NCBI GenBank assembly: GCA_027068385.1
Contig: JAMOTR010000038.1
Coordinates: 1-35,040, forward strand
Reading direction: 5' to 3'
DNA: 35,040 nt
Origin: Candidatus Heimdallarchaeota archaeon
Lineage (GTDB): Archaea > Asgardarchaeota > Njordarchaeia > Njordarchaeales > JAMOTR01
The position numbers and the translations under genes are program-made. Shown here piece after piece: positions 9,747 to 18,222 of this stretch (positions are counted from its first letter, which is position 1; each line of letters starts with the position of its first letter). The notes beneath the pieces were generated by a model, which saw only the letters and a list, made by a program, of their open reading frames with translations, was not told the DNA's origin and did no database searches.

Positions 9747-10116
9747 GCTTAGGGAGAAGATCAAAGAACTCAAAGCTAAGGGGTTTAAGAGGCCCGTAAC
9801 GATCGTAGCCGTCGATCACATAGACGAGGGAGAAATAGAGCTCATATACATGCTCCACAACGTGGAGACGAACGAGGACGCGATAATACGCGTGCGCGTC
9901 CCTAGGGATAATCCTAGAGTTCCTACGGTCACCGATATATTACCGGGATTCCGGCGGCGGGAGATGGAGACGTGGGACCTCATGGGCGTGGAGTTCGAAG
10001 GCCTTCAGAAGCCTCCCGAAGAGCTCGGAATAAAGCGCTTCCTACTCCCTCACGACCGGGACGATATACCTCCGCTAAGGAAGGATTACGTTCCTCCAGC
10101 GAGAAGGAAGAGGTGA
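9721..10116 (+). CDS. nuoC: complex-I subunit C (30 kDa)
   Basis: 131 aa, with EMETWDLMGVEFEG matching the ERE.WD..G..F signature. Its stop overlaps the nuoD ATG (gTGAtg). Confidence 0.8.
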   Translation: MEERISPNELREKIKELKAKGFKRPVTIVAVDHIDEGEIELIYMLHNVETNEDAIIRVRVPRDNPRVPTVTDILPGFRRREMETWDLMGVEFEGLQKPPEELGIKRFLLPHDRDDIPPLRKDYVPPARRKR

Positions 10117-11291
10117 TGGGTATGATGGAGTTAGGATCCCGGGAGAAGGACGGTAAGGTATATTACGACTTCATGTTAAATCGGGGTCCCCAACACCCTG
10201 GATATGGCCCCGTGAGGCTTATAGTGAAGGTTAACGGGGATTATATCGAGGACGCTCGGCTCGATCCCGGATACGTCCACAGAGGCTTAGAGAAGCTTAT
10301 GGAATACCGCACGGCACTACAGAACATACCCCTAGCCGAGAGGGCGTGCTTCATCGATTCGATAAACTCTACGCGGGCGTACGTGATGGCCGTTGAAAAG
10401 CTCGTGGGAATAGAAGTGCCGGAGTACGTTGAGGTTCTACGCACGCTAGCCGGAGAACTTAACCGTATCGTGAGCCACTTAACCCGGCTCGGTATGGCCG
10501 GAGGGGCGATGAGTCAGCACACCGCGTTCATGCGGAGCATCAAGGCGCGCGAGCGCGCTTTAATAGCTCTAGAAGCCTTGACGGGAGGGCGCTACGGAAC
10601 CGAGTTCATCATACCGGGCGGTCTCACGAACGATATGCCTCAGGATCTTCCGGATATTATAGAGCGCGAGTTCAAGAAGATCGAGGAACGCCTTAAGGAC
10701 GTAGAAACCGTGCTCCTAAAGAATAGGATCTTCCAGAGCCGCTTAATAGGGGTCGGAATACTAAAGCCCGAGGAGGCTATAGAGTTAGGCGTAACGGGCC
10801 CCTCTTTACGCGGATCCGGGGTGAGGTACGACGTGAGGGAAGCGGACGGCTACGGCTATTATAAGGAGATAGACTTCGAGCCCGTGGTGGCGGAGAAGGG
10901 GGACATATACGAGATAGGCGATTGTTACGCTAGAGTTCGGGTACGCTATCAGGAAATACGGAGGAGTATGGAGATGGTGCGTAAGCTCGTTAAGATCGCA
11001 CAGAGCTTCCCGAAGAACGAGAGGAAGATACTCGCGATTCCGAAGCCTCGCGTGGCTACGCTAACGTTCGAACCCGGTGAAGCTTACGCTAGGACCGAGC
11101 GGGCACGTGGGGAGATGTTGTATTATATCGTAGCGAAGAAGAAGGGACCTTACCCCTATAGGGTAAAGATCAAGTCCCCATCCCCCACGCTCATGCAGGC
11201 GTTCCTAAAGCTCATTAAAGGCGTACGCATAGCCGACATCCCCGCTATACATCTTAGCTTAGACGAGTGCCCAGGGGATCTGGATAGGTGA
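10116..11291 (+). CDS. nuoD: complex-I subunit D (49 kDa)
   Basis: I set the start at ATG 10116, which overlaps the nuoC stop; the longer track ORF from 9972 is out-of-frame overlap with nuoC. Motifs: GPQHP, GYVHRGLEKL, GVTGPSLRGSG, GDCYAR, PYRVKIKSPS. There are 9 CGG codons, no TGG and no CGA. Confidence 0.9.
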   Translation: MGMMELGSREKDGKVYYDFMLNRGPQHPGYGPVRLIVKVNGDYIEDARLDPGYVHRGLEKLMEYRTALQNIPLAERACFIDSINSTRAYVMAVEKLVGIEVPEYVEVLRTLAGELNRIVSHLTRLGMAGGAMSQHTAFMRSIKARERALIALEALTGGRYGTEFIIPGGLTNDMPQDLPDIIEREFKKIEERLKDVETVLLKNRIFQSRLIGVGILKPEEAIELGVTGPSLRGSGVRYDVREADGYGYYKEIDFEPVVAEKGDIYEIGDCYARVRVRYQEIRRSMEMVRKLVKIAQSFPKNERKILAIPKPRVATLTFEPGEAYARTERARGEMLYYIVAKKKGPYPYRVKIKSPSPTLMQAFLKLIKGVRIADIPAIHLSLDECPGDLDR

Positions 11292-12259
11292 TGGGTATGG
11301 AGAAGCGGATGATGTTAGTGTTCTTCCCCGGTGCGACCTCGTTTATCTTATACTCTATGCTCTCTATGCGGTTAGAGAGGAAGACCTTAGCGAGGATACA
11401 CTCGAGGATAGGGCCGAAACACGCGGGACCGCGGGGAATCCTACAGACGCTCTACGACCTACTAAAGGTTCTCATCAAGCAGCTCATCATACCGAGGCGC
11501 GCGGATAAGCTCGCGTACGTAATAGTCCCCCAGCTCGCTATAGTCTTCCTAGGAGTCGCTCTCATGGCTATGCCCATACGGCCTCAGGGACCGTTCCTAG
11601 AGATTCCACACTCCCTCTTATTCGTCGCGGCCGTGTTTACGGCTATGCCCGTTATCTTCGCTGTAGCCGCGCGGTCGACTATGAACAAGTACTCTATTAT
11701 GGGCGGAGCTAGGAGCATCATATCGTTCGTGGCCTTTGAGACCGCTAAGCTCGTTACGATCGCCTCCATAGCTCGGCTCGTAGGGTCTCGGGACTTGGAG
11801 GCTATATTAGAGCGGCAGAACTCTCACGGACCCCTCGCCTTATATCTACCGCTAGCGTTTATCGTGCTCCTAATCGTCACGCTAGTAGAGACGGAGAGGC
11901 CTCCGTTCGACGCTCCCGAAGCCGAGCCTGAGGTAGCCTTCGGACTCGCTACCGAATACACGAGCGTGATGTTAGCGGTGCGCATAGCTACCGGATACGT
12001 AACGCTATACGCCTTAAGCTCTCTACTTTCGATACTCTTCTTGGGCGGATACTACGGGATCCCTATAGGCCCCATAGGAGAGAAGTCCGTGCGGTGGTTC
12101 ATCCTAAAGCTAGCGTTCGTGACGCGGCTCTTCTTCGTGCTTCGCGGAGGTCTAGCGCGCTATAGGCCTGATCAAATCGCCCGCTACGGACGGCGCATCG
12201 CGATGGTGCTAGCGTACATAAACTTACTTCGGGCCGGATATCTAGTGCTACGGAGGTGA
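11291..12259 (+). CDS. nuoH: complex-I subunit H
   Basis: Motifs LERKTLARIHSRIGP, GP-CGG-GILQ, A-CGG-STMNKY (GWASNSKY), ERPPFDAPEAEPE and RYRPDQIARYG-CGG-R (RFGWK). ATG 11291 overlaps the nuoD TGA; GTG 11288 is an alternative start. Confidence 0.9.
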   Translation: MGMEKRMMLVFFPGATSFILYSMLSMRLERKTLARIHSRIGPKHAGPRGILQTLYDLLKVLIKQLIIPRRADKLAYVIVPQLAIVFLGVALMAMPIRPQGPFLEIPHSLLFVAAVFTAMPVIFAVAARSTMNKYSIMGGARSIISFVAFETAKLVTIASIARLVGSRDLEAILERQNSHGPLALYLPLAFIVLLIVTLVETERPPFDAPEAEPEVAFGLATEYTSVMLAVRIATGYVTLYALSSLLSILFLGGYYGIPIGPIGEKSVRWFILKLAFVTRLFFVLRGGLARYRPDQIARYGRRIAMVLAYINLLRAGYLVLRR

Positions 12260-12264
12260 AGGAT

Positions 12265-12678
12265 ATGGTGTTCCGCGCGTTACTCCTATCCCTTAAGCGC
12301 TTCTTCGTGTCGAAGCGCGAGGTTACTCAGATACCCGAAGAACCGATAGAGAGGCATCCTAACGCGAGACTTCAACACACGCTAGATCCGATGAAGTGCA
12401 TCGGATGTAGGATGTGCGAACGCAACTGTCCCAACAACGCGATAACGATGGTGAAGCGGGAGGAGCTCGATAATCCTAAGAACCGCCTTAAGATCTATCC
12501 GCAGATCGACTACGACCATTGTGCCTTCTGCTCTATATGCGTCTTCGTATGCCCAACGGGGGCCTTAGGACACATAAACGTGGCTCCCGATCCCTCCGTA
12601 CCGTTCTCCGAGGATCTAATACAGACGCCTCAGAAGATGTATGAGCGGTACAAGATTAAGGAGGGGGAGAAGGTATGA
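12265..12678 (+). CDS. nuoI: complex-I subunit I (2x[4Fe-4S] ferredoxin-type)
   Basis: Two CxxCxxCxxxCP motifs (CIGCRMCERNCP, CAFCSICVFVCP). ggaggtga lies 7 nt upstream of ATG 12265. GTG 12256, overlapping the nuoH stop, is an alternative start. Confidence 0.85.
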   Translation: MVFRALLLSLKRFFVSKREVTQIPEEPIERHPNARLQHTLDPMKCIGCRMCERNCPNNAITMVKREELDNPKNRLKIYPQIDYDHCAFCSICVFVCPTGALGHINVAPDPSVPFSEDLIQTPQKMYERYKIKEGEKV

Positions 12679-13091
12679 TCGAGGAAGTCGTGCTCCTATT
12701 AGCGGCATTTTTCGCTACGCTAGCCGCTTTAAGTCGTGACGACGTATACGCTTCGTTTAGCTTGGGTACCGCTATACTCTTCGCTTCCCTATATGTACTC
12801 GATTACATCTCGACGCTAATAGGAATCATCATCTTCGCGATTTATACCGGATCCGTGGTAGCGCTCGTGTTCATGGGATACGCGGAGGAAAAGAGCGGAC
12901 TCTCGAAGCTCGTCGCCATAGCCTTACCGCTAGCGTTCGCTATAGCCGTGGCCGTATACAAGTATATCCCCGCCGCTTCCGTGGGTCATGCTGAGGTCTC
13001 GATAGATGTACTAAAGGAGCTCATCATACCTATAGCGGGAGGTCTCGCGGCCGTAATAGTTAGCTCTCAGGAGGTGAGGAATGGTGCTCGA
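12675..13091 (+). CDS. nuoJ: complex-I subunit J
   Basis: A hydrophobic protein of about 138 aa in the canonical position between nuoI and nuoK. In-frame CGA at 13089-13091 lies just after the nuoK ATG. The standard-code frame would run on to TAA 13146-13148, overlapping nuoK by 68 nt. Confidence 0.7.
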
Positions 13092-13308
13092 GGTAGCGGT
13101 ATCGATATACTTAATACTCATAGGGCTCGTGGTGAGCTTATCCGCTAAGACGCGGACGAGGTTCCTCATAGGGGTGGAGATGCAGATGATAGGGGTAATA
13201 TTATTAGCGCTACAGTACGCCTCTTCCGCGAGCGCGCTTGCTACCTTAGCGGTTTTGATGATCGTACTAGAGGCGATGAAAGTCTCAGCGGCGATAGGGT
13301 TAAGATGA
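13081..13308 (+). CDS. nuoK: complex-I subunit K
   Basis: 75 aa. YLILIGLVVSLSAKTRTRFLIGVEMQMIGVILLAL resembles the NuoK/ND4L helices with the conserved membrane Glu. ggaggtgagga precedes the ATG. Confidence 0.7.
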   Translation: MVLEVAVSIYLILIGLVVSLSAKTRTRFLIGVEMQMIGVILLALQYASSASALATLAVLMIVLEAMKVSAAIGLR

Positions 13309-13314
13309 TTTTTT
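13309..13314 (+). terminator. oligo-T tract after nuoK
   Basis: A T6 run lies directly after TGA 13306-13308 at the end of the eight-gene operon. Confidence 0.4.
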
Positions 13315-13496
13315 AAAAATCTAGTAGCTTCTTTAGCCTCCTAGAGCTTATGTAGATCCGTTTATTTTCGGCTACCGCGTTCTTAGGCGAGTAAGATACG
13401 AAGGAGGAAAGCTGTGGTCTCAATCTCCTATAAAACGCGTTAAGGAGTAAAGCGACGAACGTCTTCGTGAGATAAACCTTAAAAGCCCGATAAAAA

Positions 13497-13772
13497 TCAC
13501 GTTACGATCTCTACGTACGGATGTAGCCTTATCTGTCCGGGAACGCCTTTCTCGAACCTCACGAGTACGCGGTCCTTCTTGTTTGATCCCCGTACACGTA
13601 TCACGCGACCCTTTATGACTACCTTTCCATTAGGGTGCCTCCGTATTACCTTCTTCCCTAGAAGCTCGTGAGCCTTTACTCCCTCGGGTATCCTCACGAT
13701 CACCGTGTCGGGTCTATATAGCGTGACCTGAGAACGCTTCTTAAGACGGAAGTTCACCACGTATCCCTTCAT
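13497..13772 (-). CDS. rpl35ae: ribosomal protein eL33 (L35Ae)
   Basis: I set the start at ATG 13772 (MKGYVVNFR...). GKKVI-CGG-RHPNGKVVIKGRVIRVRGSNK..RFEKGVPGQ is the typical archaeal L35Ae pattern. The track's 5' extension to 13889 contains two in-frame CGA codons (13773-13775, 13779-13781). Confidence 0.8.
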   Translation of the reverse strand: MKGYVVNFRLKKRSQVTLYRPDTVIVRIPEGVKAHELLGKKVIRRHPNGKVVIKGRVIRVRGSNKKDRVLVRFEKGVPGQIRLHPYVEIVT

Positions 13773-13804
13773 TCGTTTTCGACCATACGACGAAAAGAAA
13801 TCGT

Positions 13805-14341
13805 TTATCGGGGAAAGAGCATAGCGAGGAGTATTCCGACGATCAATTCGGCCGCGAGTATAGTTACCCGAGGTCTTAGTAACGAACAACGATCGCCTCT
13901 CGGCTCGAGGGAGTATAGGGGAAAACCGTAGATAAATATAGCTATCCCAGCGATGAATAAGGAGCCTAAGGAGAACGCTCTCGGAACTATGACTTCCCGA
14001 AAGGCCCCGTGTAACCCTGCGGAGAGTACGATTTTATCGATCTCACACCCGCTTTTAATCGTATAGCGCGACCGTAGATAGAAGTGTACTAAGAATATCG
14101 GTACGCTACGCACCCGATCATGTATTAAGCTATGAGCCTCGCCATGTAGGCCCCCTCCGAGATAATAAGCGATGGTTTCCTCTATTACTATAAAAGGAAG
14201 AACGAATGACCGGAACCTCACTCTTCTTATTAATAATATGTAGTACGAGAACAACGCTCCGAGATATATTATAAGTCTATGATCCGATACCGCTAGCACA
14301 AGAGCGGAGATTATTACGTAGAGATGGAGGAGCCTTCTCAT
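13805..14341 (-). CDS. hypothetical polytopic membrane protein
   Basis: A 178-codon ORF, strongly hydrophobic, with the His-rich motifs GGGLHGEAHSLIHD. The last sense codon is CGA (13808-13810), directly followed by TAA. Confidence 0.45.
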   Translation of the reverse strand: MRRLLHLYVIISALVLAVSDHRLIIYLGALFSYYILLIRRVRFRSFVLPFIVIEETIAYYLGGGLHGEAHSLIHDRVRSVPIFLVHFYLRSRYTIKSGCEIDKIVLSAGLHGAFREVIVPRAFSLGSLFIAGIAIFIYGFPLYSLEPRGDRCSLLRPRVTILAAELIVGILLAMLFPR

Positions 14342-14480
14342 TAAAACGGGACGCTTATACTCCTAAGGTTCCTCATCACGTACGCCTTTATCCTATTACT
14401 CAATCACATACGTGAGGACGCGTTTCTCGCGAGAGTCTCCGCGGGTCCGGACTATTAAAGGAAGAGGAGTGTTTAAAAAT

Positions 14481-15377
14481 TCAAATCCCTAAGATGAGGT
14501 CCTCAAACACGGCTATAGCGGTCCGCATCCTATTTTCGGCCTGCTCGAAGACGACGCTGTGCTCTTCGTCCTCGAACACGTCGTCCGTTACTTCCTCTCC
14601 TACGTGTCTCGGTAAGCAGTGCATGAAGATATAATCCTCGTGAGCGTGCTTAACGAGCTCAGCGTTTACCTGATACGGCCTCAAGAGTTGTTTCTTCTTT
14701 TCCGCCTCGGCTTCCTGTCCCATCGATACCCGAACGTCCGTGTATATCACGTGCGCCCCCTTCACGGCTTCCACGGGGTCCTCGGTGATGTGTAAGCGAT
14801 CGCCGCATACCTCAAGGACGAGCTTATCCGGTTGTAGCTCCTTAGGGGTAGCGATCCGCATCTCCGCTCCTAGCTTACACGCGCCTATAGCTAAGGAGTT
14901 AGCTACGTTCGAGGACCCGTCTCCTACGAACGCTATCTTTAGTCCGCTGATGCGGTTAAAGTGCTCATATATGGTCATAAGATCGGCTAGAGCCTGAAGC
15001 GGATGGAAGCGATCGCTTAAGGCGTTGATCACGGGCACATCGCTCCGCTCAGCGAGCTCCTCTAGATCCTTATGAGAGTATACTCTAGCCGTTATTCCGG
15101 AGACGTAACGCGATAGGACGCGGGCGAAGTCCTTGATGGGCTCTCCGCGGGATAGCTGGGTCGTCCTAGCCTCTAGGTATATGGGATGTAGCCCTAAGTA
15201 AGCGGCGGCCGCCTCTAGGGATACGCGAGTACGCGTAGAGGGCTTCATGAATATTAGCGCTACGGACTCGCCCGTAGGAGTCGAAGCGGGCGTGGGGTTA
15301 TACTTATGATCTAAGGCGTTATTAATCCGTCTCCGAATGTCTCCCTCAGAATAATCCGCGAGAGTTAAGAGGTGCAT
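14481..15377 (-). CDS. argF: ornithine carbamoyltransferase
   Basis: Motifs STRTR, SRGEP, HPLQ, DV-CGG-VSMGQE (the DVWVSMG motif distinguishes OTC from ATCase) and HCLP. The likely start is ATG 15377 (MHLLTLADY); the track start at 15392 is a GTG. Confidence 0.9.
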   Translation of the reverse strand: MHLLTLADYSEGDIRRRINNALDHKYNPTPASTPTGESVALIFMKPSTRTRVSLEAAAAYLGLHPIYLEARTTQLSRGEPIKDFARVLSRYVSGITARVYSHKDLEELAERSDVPVINALSDRFHPLQALADLMTIYEHFNRISGLKIAFVGDGSSNVANSLAIGACKLGAEMRIATPKELQPDKLVLEVCGDRLHITEDPVEAVKGAHVIYTDVRVSMGQEAEAEKKKQLLRPYQVNAELVKHAHEDYIFMHCLPRHVGEEVTDDVFEDEEHSVVFEQAENRMRTAIAVFEDLILGI

Positions 15378-15405
15378 ATTTTCGTTCCTCACGTGGGTTT
15401 ATGAA

Positions 15406-15936
15406 ATGCATGCCTTAATGGAGCTTGAACTCTTAGAACCAGCGGTCTTAACGCGCGTGAAGCCTAGGGACGTAGAGTTCTTCTTAAGGAAGGCCCTCCA
15501 GCGGTATTCGAGAAAGAGAGGGGTAGCGCTCGACGTTTCGATAGAGTTTGAGCCCATAGAGGGTGATCTTATAGAGATCGTCGCGAGGAAGTTTCCGGGT
15601 AATGAAAGGAAGCGCGTGAAGGCTTTAAGAACGGGTATCGTAAGCGTGGAAGCGAACGTAGAACCGGTAGAAGCTCTAATGTATCTTAACGAGCCGTCCG
15701 GCCCGTTGAGTTTCTTCCGTAAGGCGTGCCACCATACGAGAAACTATCTCAAGGCGCTCGCGCGTAAGAACGTTATAAGACGCTTCGTGATACCGTGCGA
15801 GCTCACTAATCTAGCGCTCGGTTATCTAGTACCGCCCCGGTTCCTCGGAAGGAAGGAAGAGAGTATACGGCTATGGCGCGACGATAGGGGTTTCCGGCAC
15901 GTGTTCGGTCTAGCTAGGATCTCGATAACGTTACGA
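15406..15936 (+). CDS. hypothetical protein
   Basis: The ORF runs from ATG 15406 and its codon usage resembles that of its neighbours. In-frame CGA at 15934-15936 lies 7 codons before the standard TAA (15955-15957). I recognise no family. Confidence 0.4.
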
Positions 15937-15959
15937 ATTACCCCCGACGTTTCGTAATC

Positions 15960-16982
15960 ATGGAGTCGCCTAGACCTTTAGATACCGTAAGGTATATAGA
16001 AGAGCAGAAGGCGGTGAAGCTCATAAATCAGCGTAAGCTCCCGGAGACTTTTGAATACTTTACCGCTAAGACCGTAGAGGACGTTGCTTATGCTATAAAG
16101 AACATGATCGTACGCGGTGCTCCGGCGATAGGTATCACGGCCGCTTACGGCATGAAACTATTCGCGGACACATACAAAGGAAAGGACTTCGAACACGACG
16201 CTAGGAGAGCTCTGGAATTATTGAAGCGTACTAGACCCACGGGTAAGAACCTCTTCCGGGCGCTGAACCACATAGAGAAGGCGATAGATAAGGGGCCCGA
16301 GGCCGTAATAAAAGCCGCTGATGAGGTGGTGGAGAAGGAAAAGGAATATGAGAGGCGCATAGCAGATCGGAGCCTAAAGTTCGTGGAGATGATCTCGGAG
16401 AAGCTAGGAAAGAAGGAAATCACGTTCCACACGCATTGTAACGCCGGTCGTTTAGCCACTTACGGTCTCTTCGGTACGGCTACAGCCCCGATATATGTAG
16501 CACATCGGAACGGATATCGCGTACGGGCGATCGTGGATGAAACCAGACCTGTGCTTCAAGGCGCCCGTCTCACGGCCCGGGAACTTAGCGTTGCGGGAAT
16601 AGATACCACCGTGATACCCGACACCGCTATAGGGTTAGCGTTGATGAAGGGCTTAAGCGACGTGGTCGTCGTAGGGGCCGATCGCGTGTGTAAGGATCGG
16701 TCCGTGACGAACAAGATAGGAACGTATGTGCTCGCCACGCTCGCTAAGAGGCATAACGTCCCGTTCGTCGTAGTAGCCCCTACGTCCACGTTCGACGAGT
16801 GTACCTTCGACAATCCACCGCCCATCGAGGAACGCGACGAGCGCGAGGTGCGTTACATACGTGACGTGAAGATCGTTCCGGACGGTGCGAGAGTGTTGAA
16901 CTACGCGTTCGACATCACCCCCGCTGAACTAATAAACTACGTGATAAGCGAAAAAGGGATTCACGAGGTGAACCCTATATGA
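15960..16982 (+). CDS. aIF-2B-like family isomerase (methylthioribose-1-phosphate or ribose-1,5-bisphosphate isomerase)
   Basis: Motifs VRGAPAIG, RPTGKNLF-CGG-AL (RPTAVNLFWAL), HCNAG, DETRPVLQGARLTA-CGG-EL (RLTAWEL) and NKIGTY. I cannot distinguish M1P from R15P specificity by eye. Confidence 0.8.
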   Translation: MESPRPLDTVRYIEEQKAVKLINQRKLPETFEYFTAKTVEDVAYAIKNMIVRGAPAIGITAAYGMKLFADTYKGKDFEHDARRALELLKRTRPTGKNLFRALNHIEKAIDKGPEAVIKAADEVVEKEKEYERRIADRSLKFVEMISEKLGKKEITFHTHCNAGRLATYGLFGTATAPIYVAHRNGYRVRAIVDETRPVLQGARLTARELSVAGIDTTVIPDTAIGLALMKGLSDVVVVGADRVCKDRSVTNKIGTYVLATLAKRHNVPFVVVAPTSTFDECTFDNPPPIEERDEREVRYIRDVKIVPDGARVLNYAFDITPAELINYVISEKGIHEVNPI

Positions 16983-17287
16983 TTATCACGATCATCACCA
17001 CGGTCTCATCCAAGAACGAAGCCGAAAGGATTGCGGAGATATTGTTAAAAGATCGCTTAGCCGCGTGCGTTACGATAATACCGGCTACCTCTATGTACCG
17101 GCGGAAGGGAAAGATCGCGAAGGAGGACGAGTGCGTGATCCTAATAAAGACCTCTAAGAGGCGTTATACGGAGCTCATGAAGAGGCTCAAGGAGATACAT
17201 CCATACGAGCTTCCCGAGATCCTCATACTTAAGCCCGACGCGCTAGAGGAGTACATTAAGCGGGTAGAAGAAAGCACCTCGGAGCGA
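16979..17287 (+). CDS. cutA: divalent-cation tolerance protein CutA
   Basis: SMY-CGG-CGG-KGKI matches the CutA S.YWW.G motif. Also HPYELPEI, and YIK-CGG-V matching YL.W. Ending at CGA 17285-17287 gives 102 aa, the normal CutA length. The standard-code frame would run to 17482 straight through the antisense tRNA-Ser gene. Confidence 0.85.
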
Positions 17288-17297
17288 GTTTTTGTTA

Positions 17298-17385
17298 TGG
17301 CGCCGGGGCCGGGATTCGAACCCGGGCGGGCGAGATGCCCACGGGATCTCAAATCCCGCGCCTTTCCTGGCTCGGCCACCCCGGC
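17298..17385 (-). tRNA. tRNA-Ser (anticodon UGA), CCA encoded
   Basis: The minus-strand sequence is GCCGGGGTGGCCGAGCCAGGAAAGGCGCGGGATTTGAGATCCCGTGGGCATCTCGCCCGCCCGGGTTCGAATCCCGGCCCCGGCGCCA. It has a 7-bp acceptor stem and a 5-bp anticodon stem CGGGA/TCCCG with loop TTTGAGA (anticodon TGA). It also has a long variable arm (GGGC..GCCC), the T-loop GTTCGAATC and discriminator G. Confidence 0.9.
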
Positions 17386-17478
17386 TCTCTTAACTGAAGG
17401 ACCCGACGTTAATATGCTTTATATCTTCAACGGGACCGAGGGTAAGAAGAACCTTGAGGAATTAATATTTGTTATAAG

Positions 17479-17955
17479 ATGAAGACCCTCTTGCTTATAC
17501 TTCTCCTCATAACCTCACCGAGCATAACCGCGAGTATACCGGATCAGGTAGTGTATGGAGATACGTTTCCCGTAATAATAACGATCGATAATCAGACGAA
17601 CGTTTCGATAACGTTCGAGATAGAGATAGTTTCTCCGTATAAGTCGTCGGACCTCGTCACAGTCGATCCAGGATCCTCGAAGAACTATACGTTCTACATT
17701 ACAACCACGGAATACGGAGTAGGACGTTACGTGAACGTAACCGTGAGGGTAGTCTATACTCTATACGGAGAAGAGTTCGTAAAGGTCTTCCACAAGGATG
17801 TTCTAATTATAGGGAAGGAGATCGATAGGAACATTAGAATACTCATAGGGATCATCATCGTAACGCTAGGAGTGTCCGTAGTAGGATATCGGGCCATGGC
17901 TAGAAGGAAAAAGAAGGAAGAAGAGAAGACGTTTTCTAGACCGCCTCGGCTTTGA
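17479..17955 (+). CDS. hypothetical secreted / C-terminally anchored protein
   Basis: It has an N-terminal signal-like helix (MKTLLLILLLITSPSITA), a beta-rich middle with N-x-T/S sites, a C-terminal TM helix (ILIGIIIVTLGVSVVGY) and a basic tail. Confidence 0.5.
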   Translation: MKTLLLILLLITSPSITASIPDQVVYGDTFPVIITIDNQTNVSITFEIEIVSPYKSSDLVTVDPGSSKNYTFYITTTEYGVGRYVNVTVRVVYTLYGEEFVKVFHKDVLIIGKEIDRNIRILIGIIIVTLGVSVVGYRAMARRKKKEEEKTFSRPPRL

Positions 17956-17979
17956 ATATTTCTTAAACTCTTTTTACTC

Positions 17980-18222
17980 ATGAAGCCGGACCTCGCTAAG
18001 TTAGTGGTATGTATAAAGTGCGGCTCCTCGGATTTTGAGTTAGTACCCGTAAAGAAGGAGGGAGAAGAGATCATCGAGGGACTCATGATATGTAAGAAGT
18101 GCGGTTATACATACGCAATCGTGGATTCGATTCTACGGACAATAGACGACGAAGTGAGGAGAAAAACCCTCGAGAAATATAGGGAATTCATACCCGAAGA
18201 ACTAAAAAAGAAGGCTCGTCGA
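17980..18222 (+). CDS. Trm112-like zinc-ribbon protein
   Basis: CIKCGSS...CKKCGYTYAIVDSILRTIDDE resembles the Trm112 fold motif (C..C ... C..C..YPI.DGIP.ML). In-frame CGA at 18220-18222 gives an 80-aa product. The standard-code tail to 18309 would overlap the convergent gene. Confidence 0.45.

Noticed and set aside
9972-10115. 5' extensions of track ORFs: nuoD from 9972, L35Ae to 13889, atpB to 20875 and aor from 1027.
   Set aside because: The extensions overlap upstream genes out of frame or contain in-frame CGA codons (13773-13781, 20735-20737). Homology begins at the internal ATGs (10116, 13772, 20728, 1060).
13081-13148. The 68-nt nuoJ/nuoK overlap and the 200-nt convergent overlap at 18105-18309, as examples of unusual overlapping genes.
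   Set aside because: Both overlaps shrink to a few nucleotides when CGA (13089-13091; 18216-18222) is read as the terminator.
14371-14378. A C-box-like GTGATGA on the minus strand in the 14342-14480 spacer, as a possible C/D-box sRNA.
   Set aside because: There is no D box (CTGA) at a suitable distance and no terminal stem. The motif lies in the promoter/5' region of the 14341 membrane-protein gene.
16979-17482. A 167-aa CutA ORF overlapping the tRNA-Ser gene, plus the antisense ORF 17164-17379.
   Set aside because: The extension is a nonsense translation of the tRNA sequence. CutA ends at CGA 17285-17287 with the canonical 102 aa.
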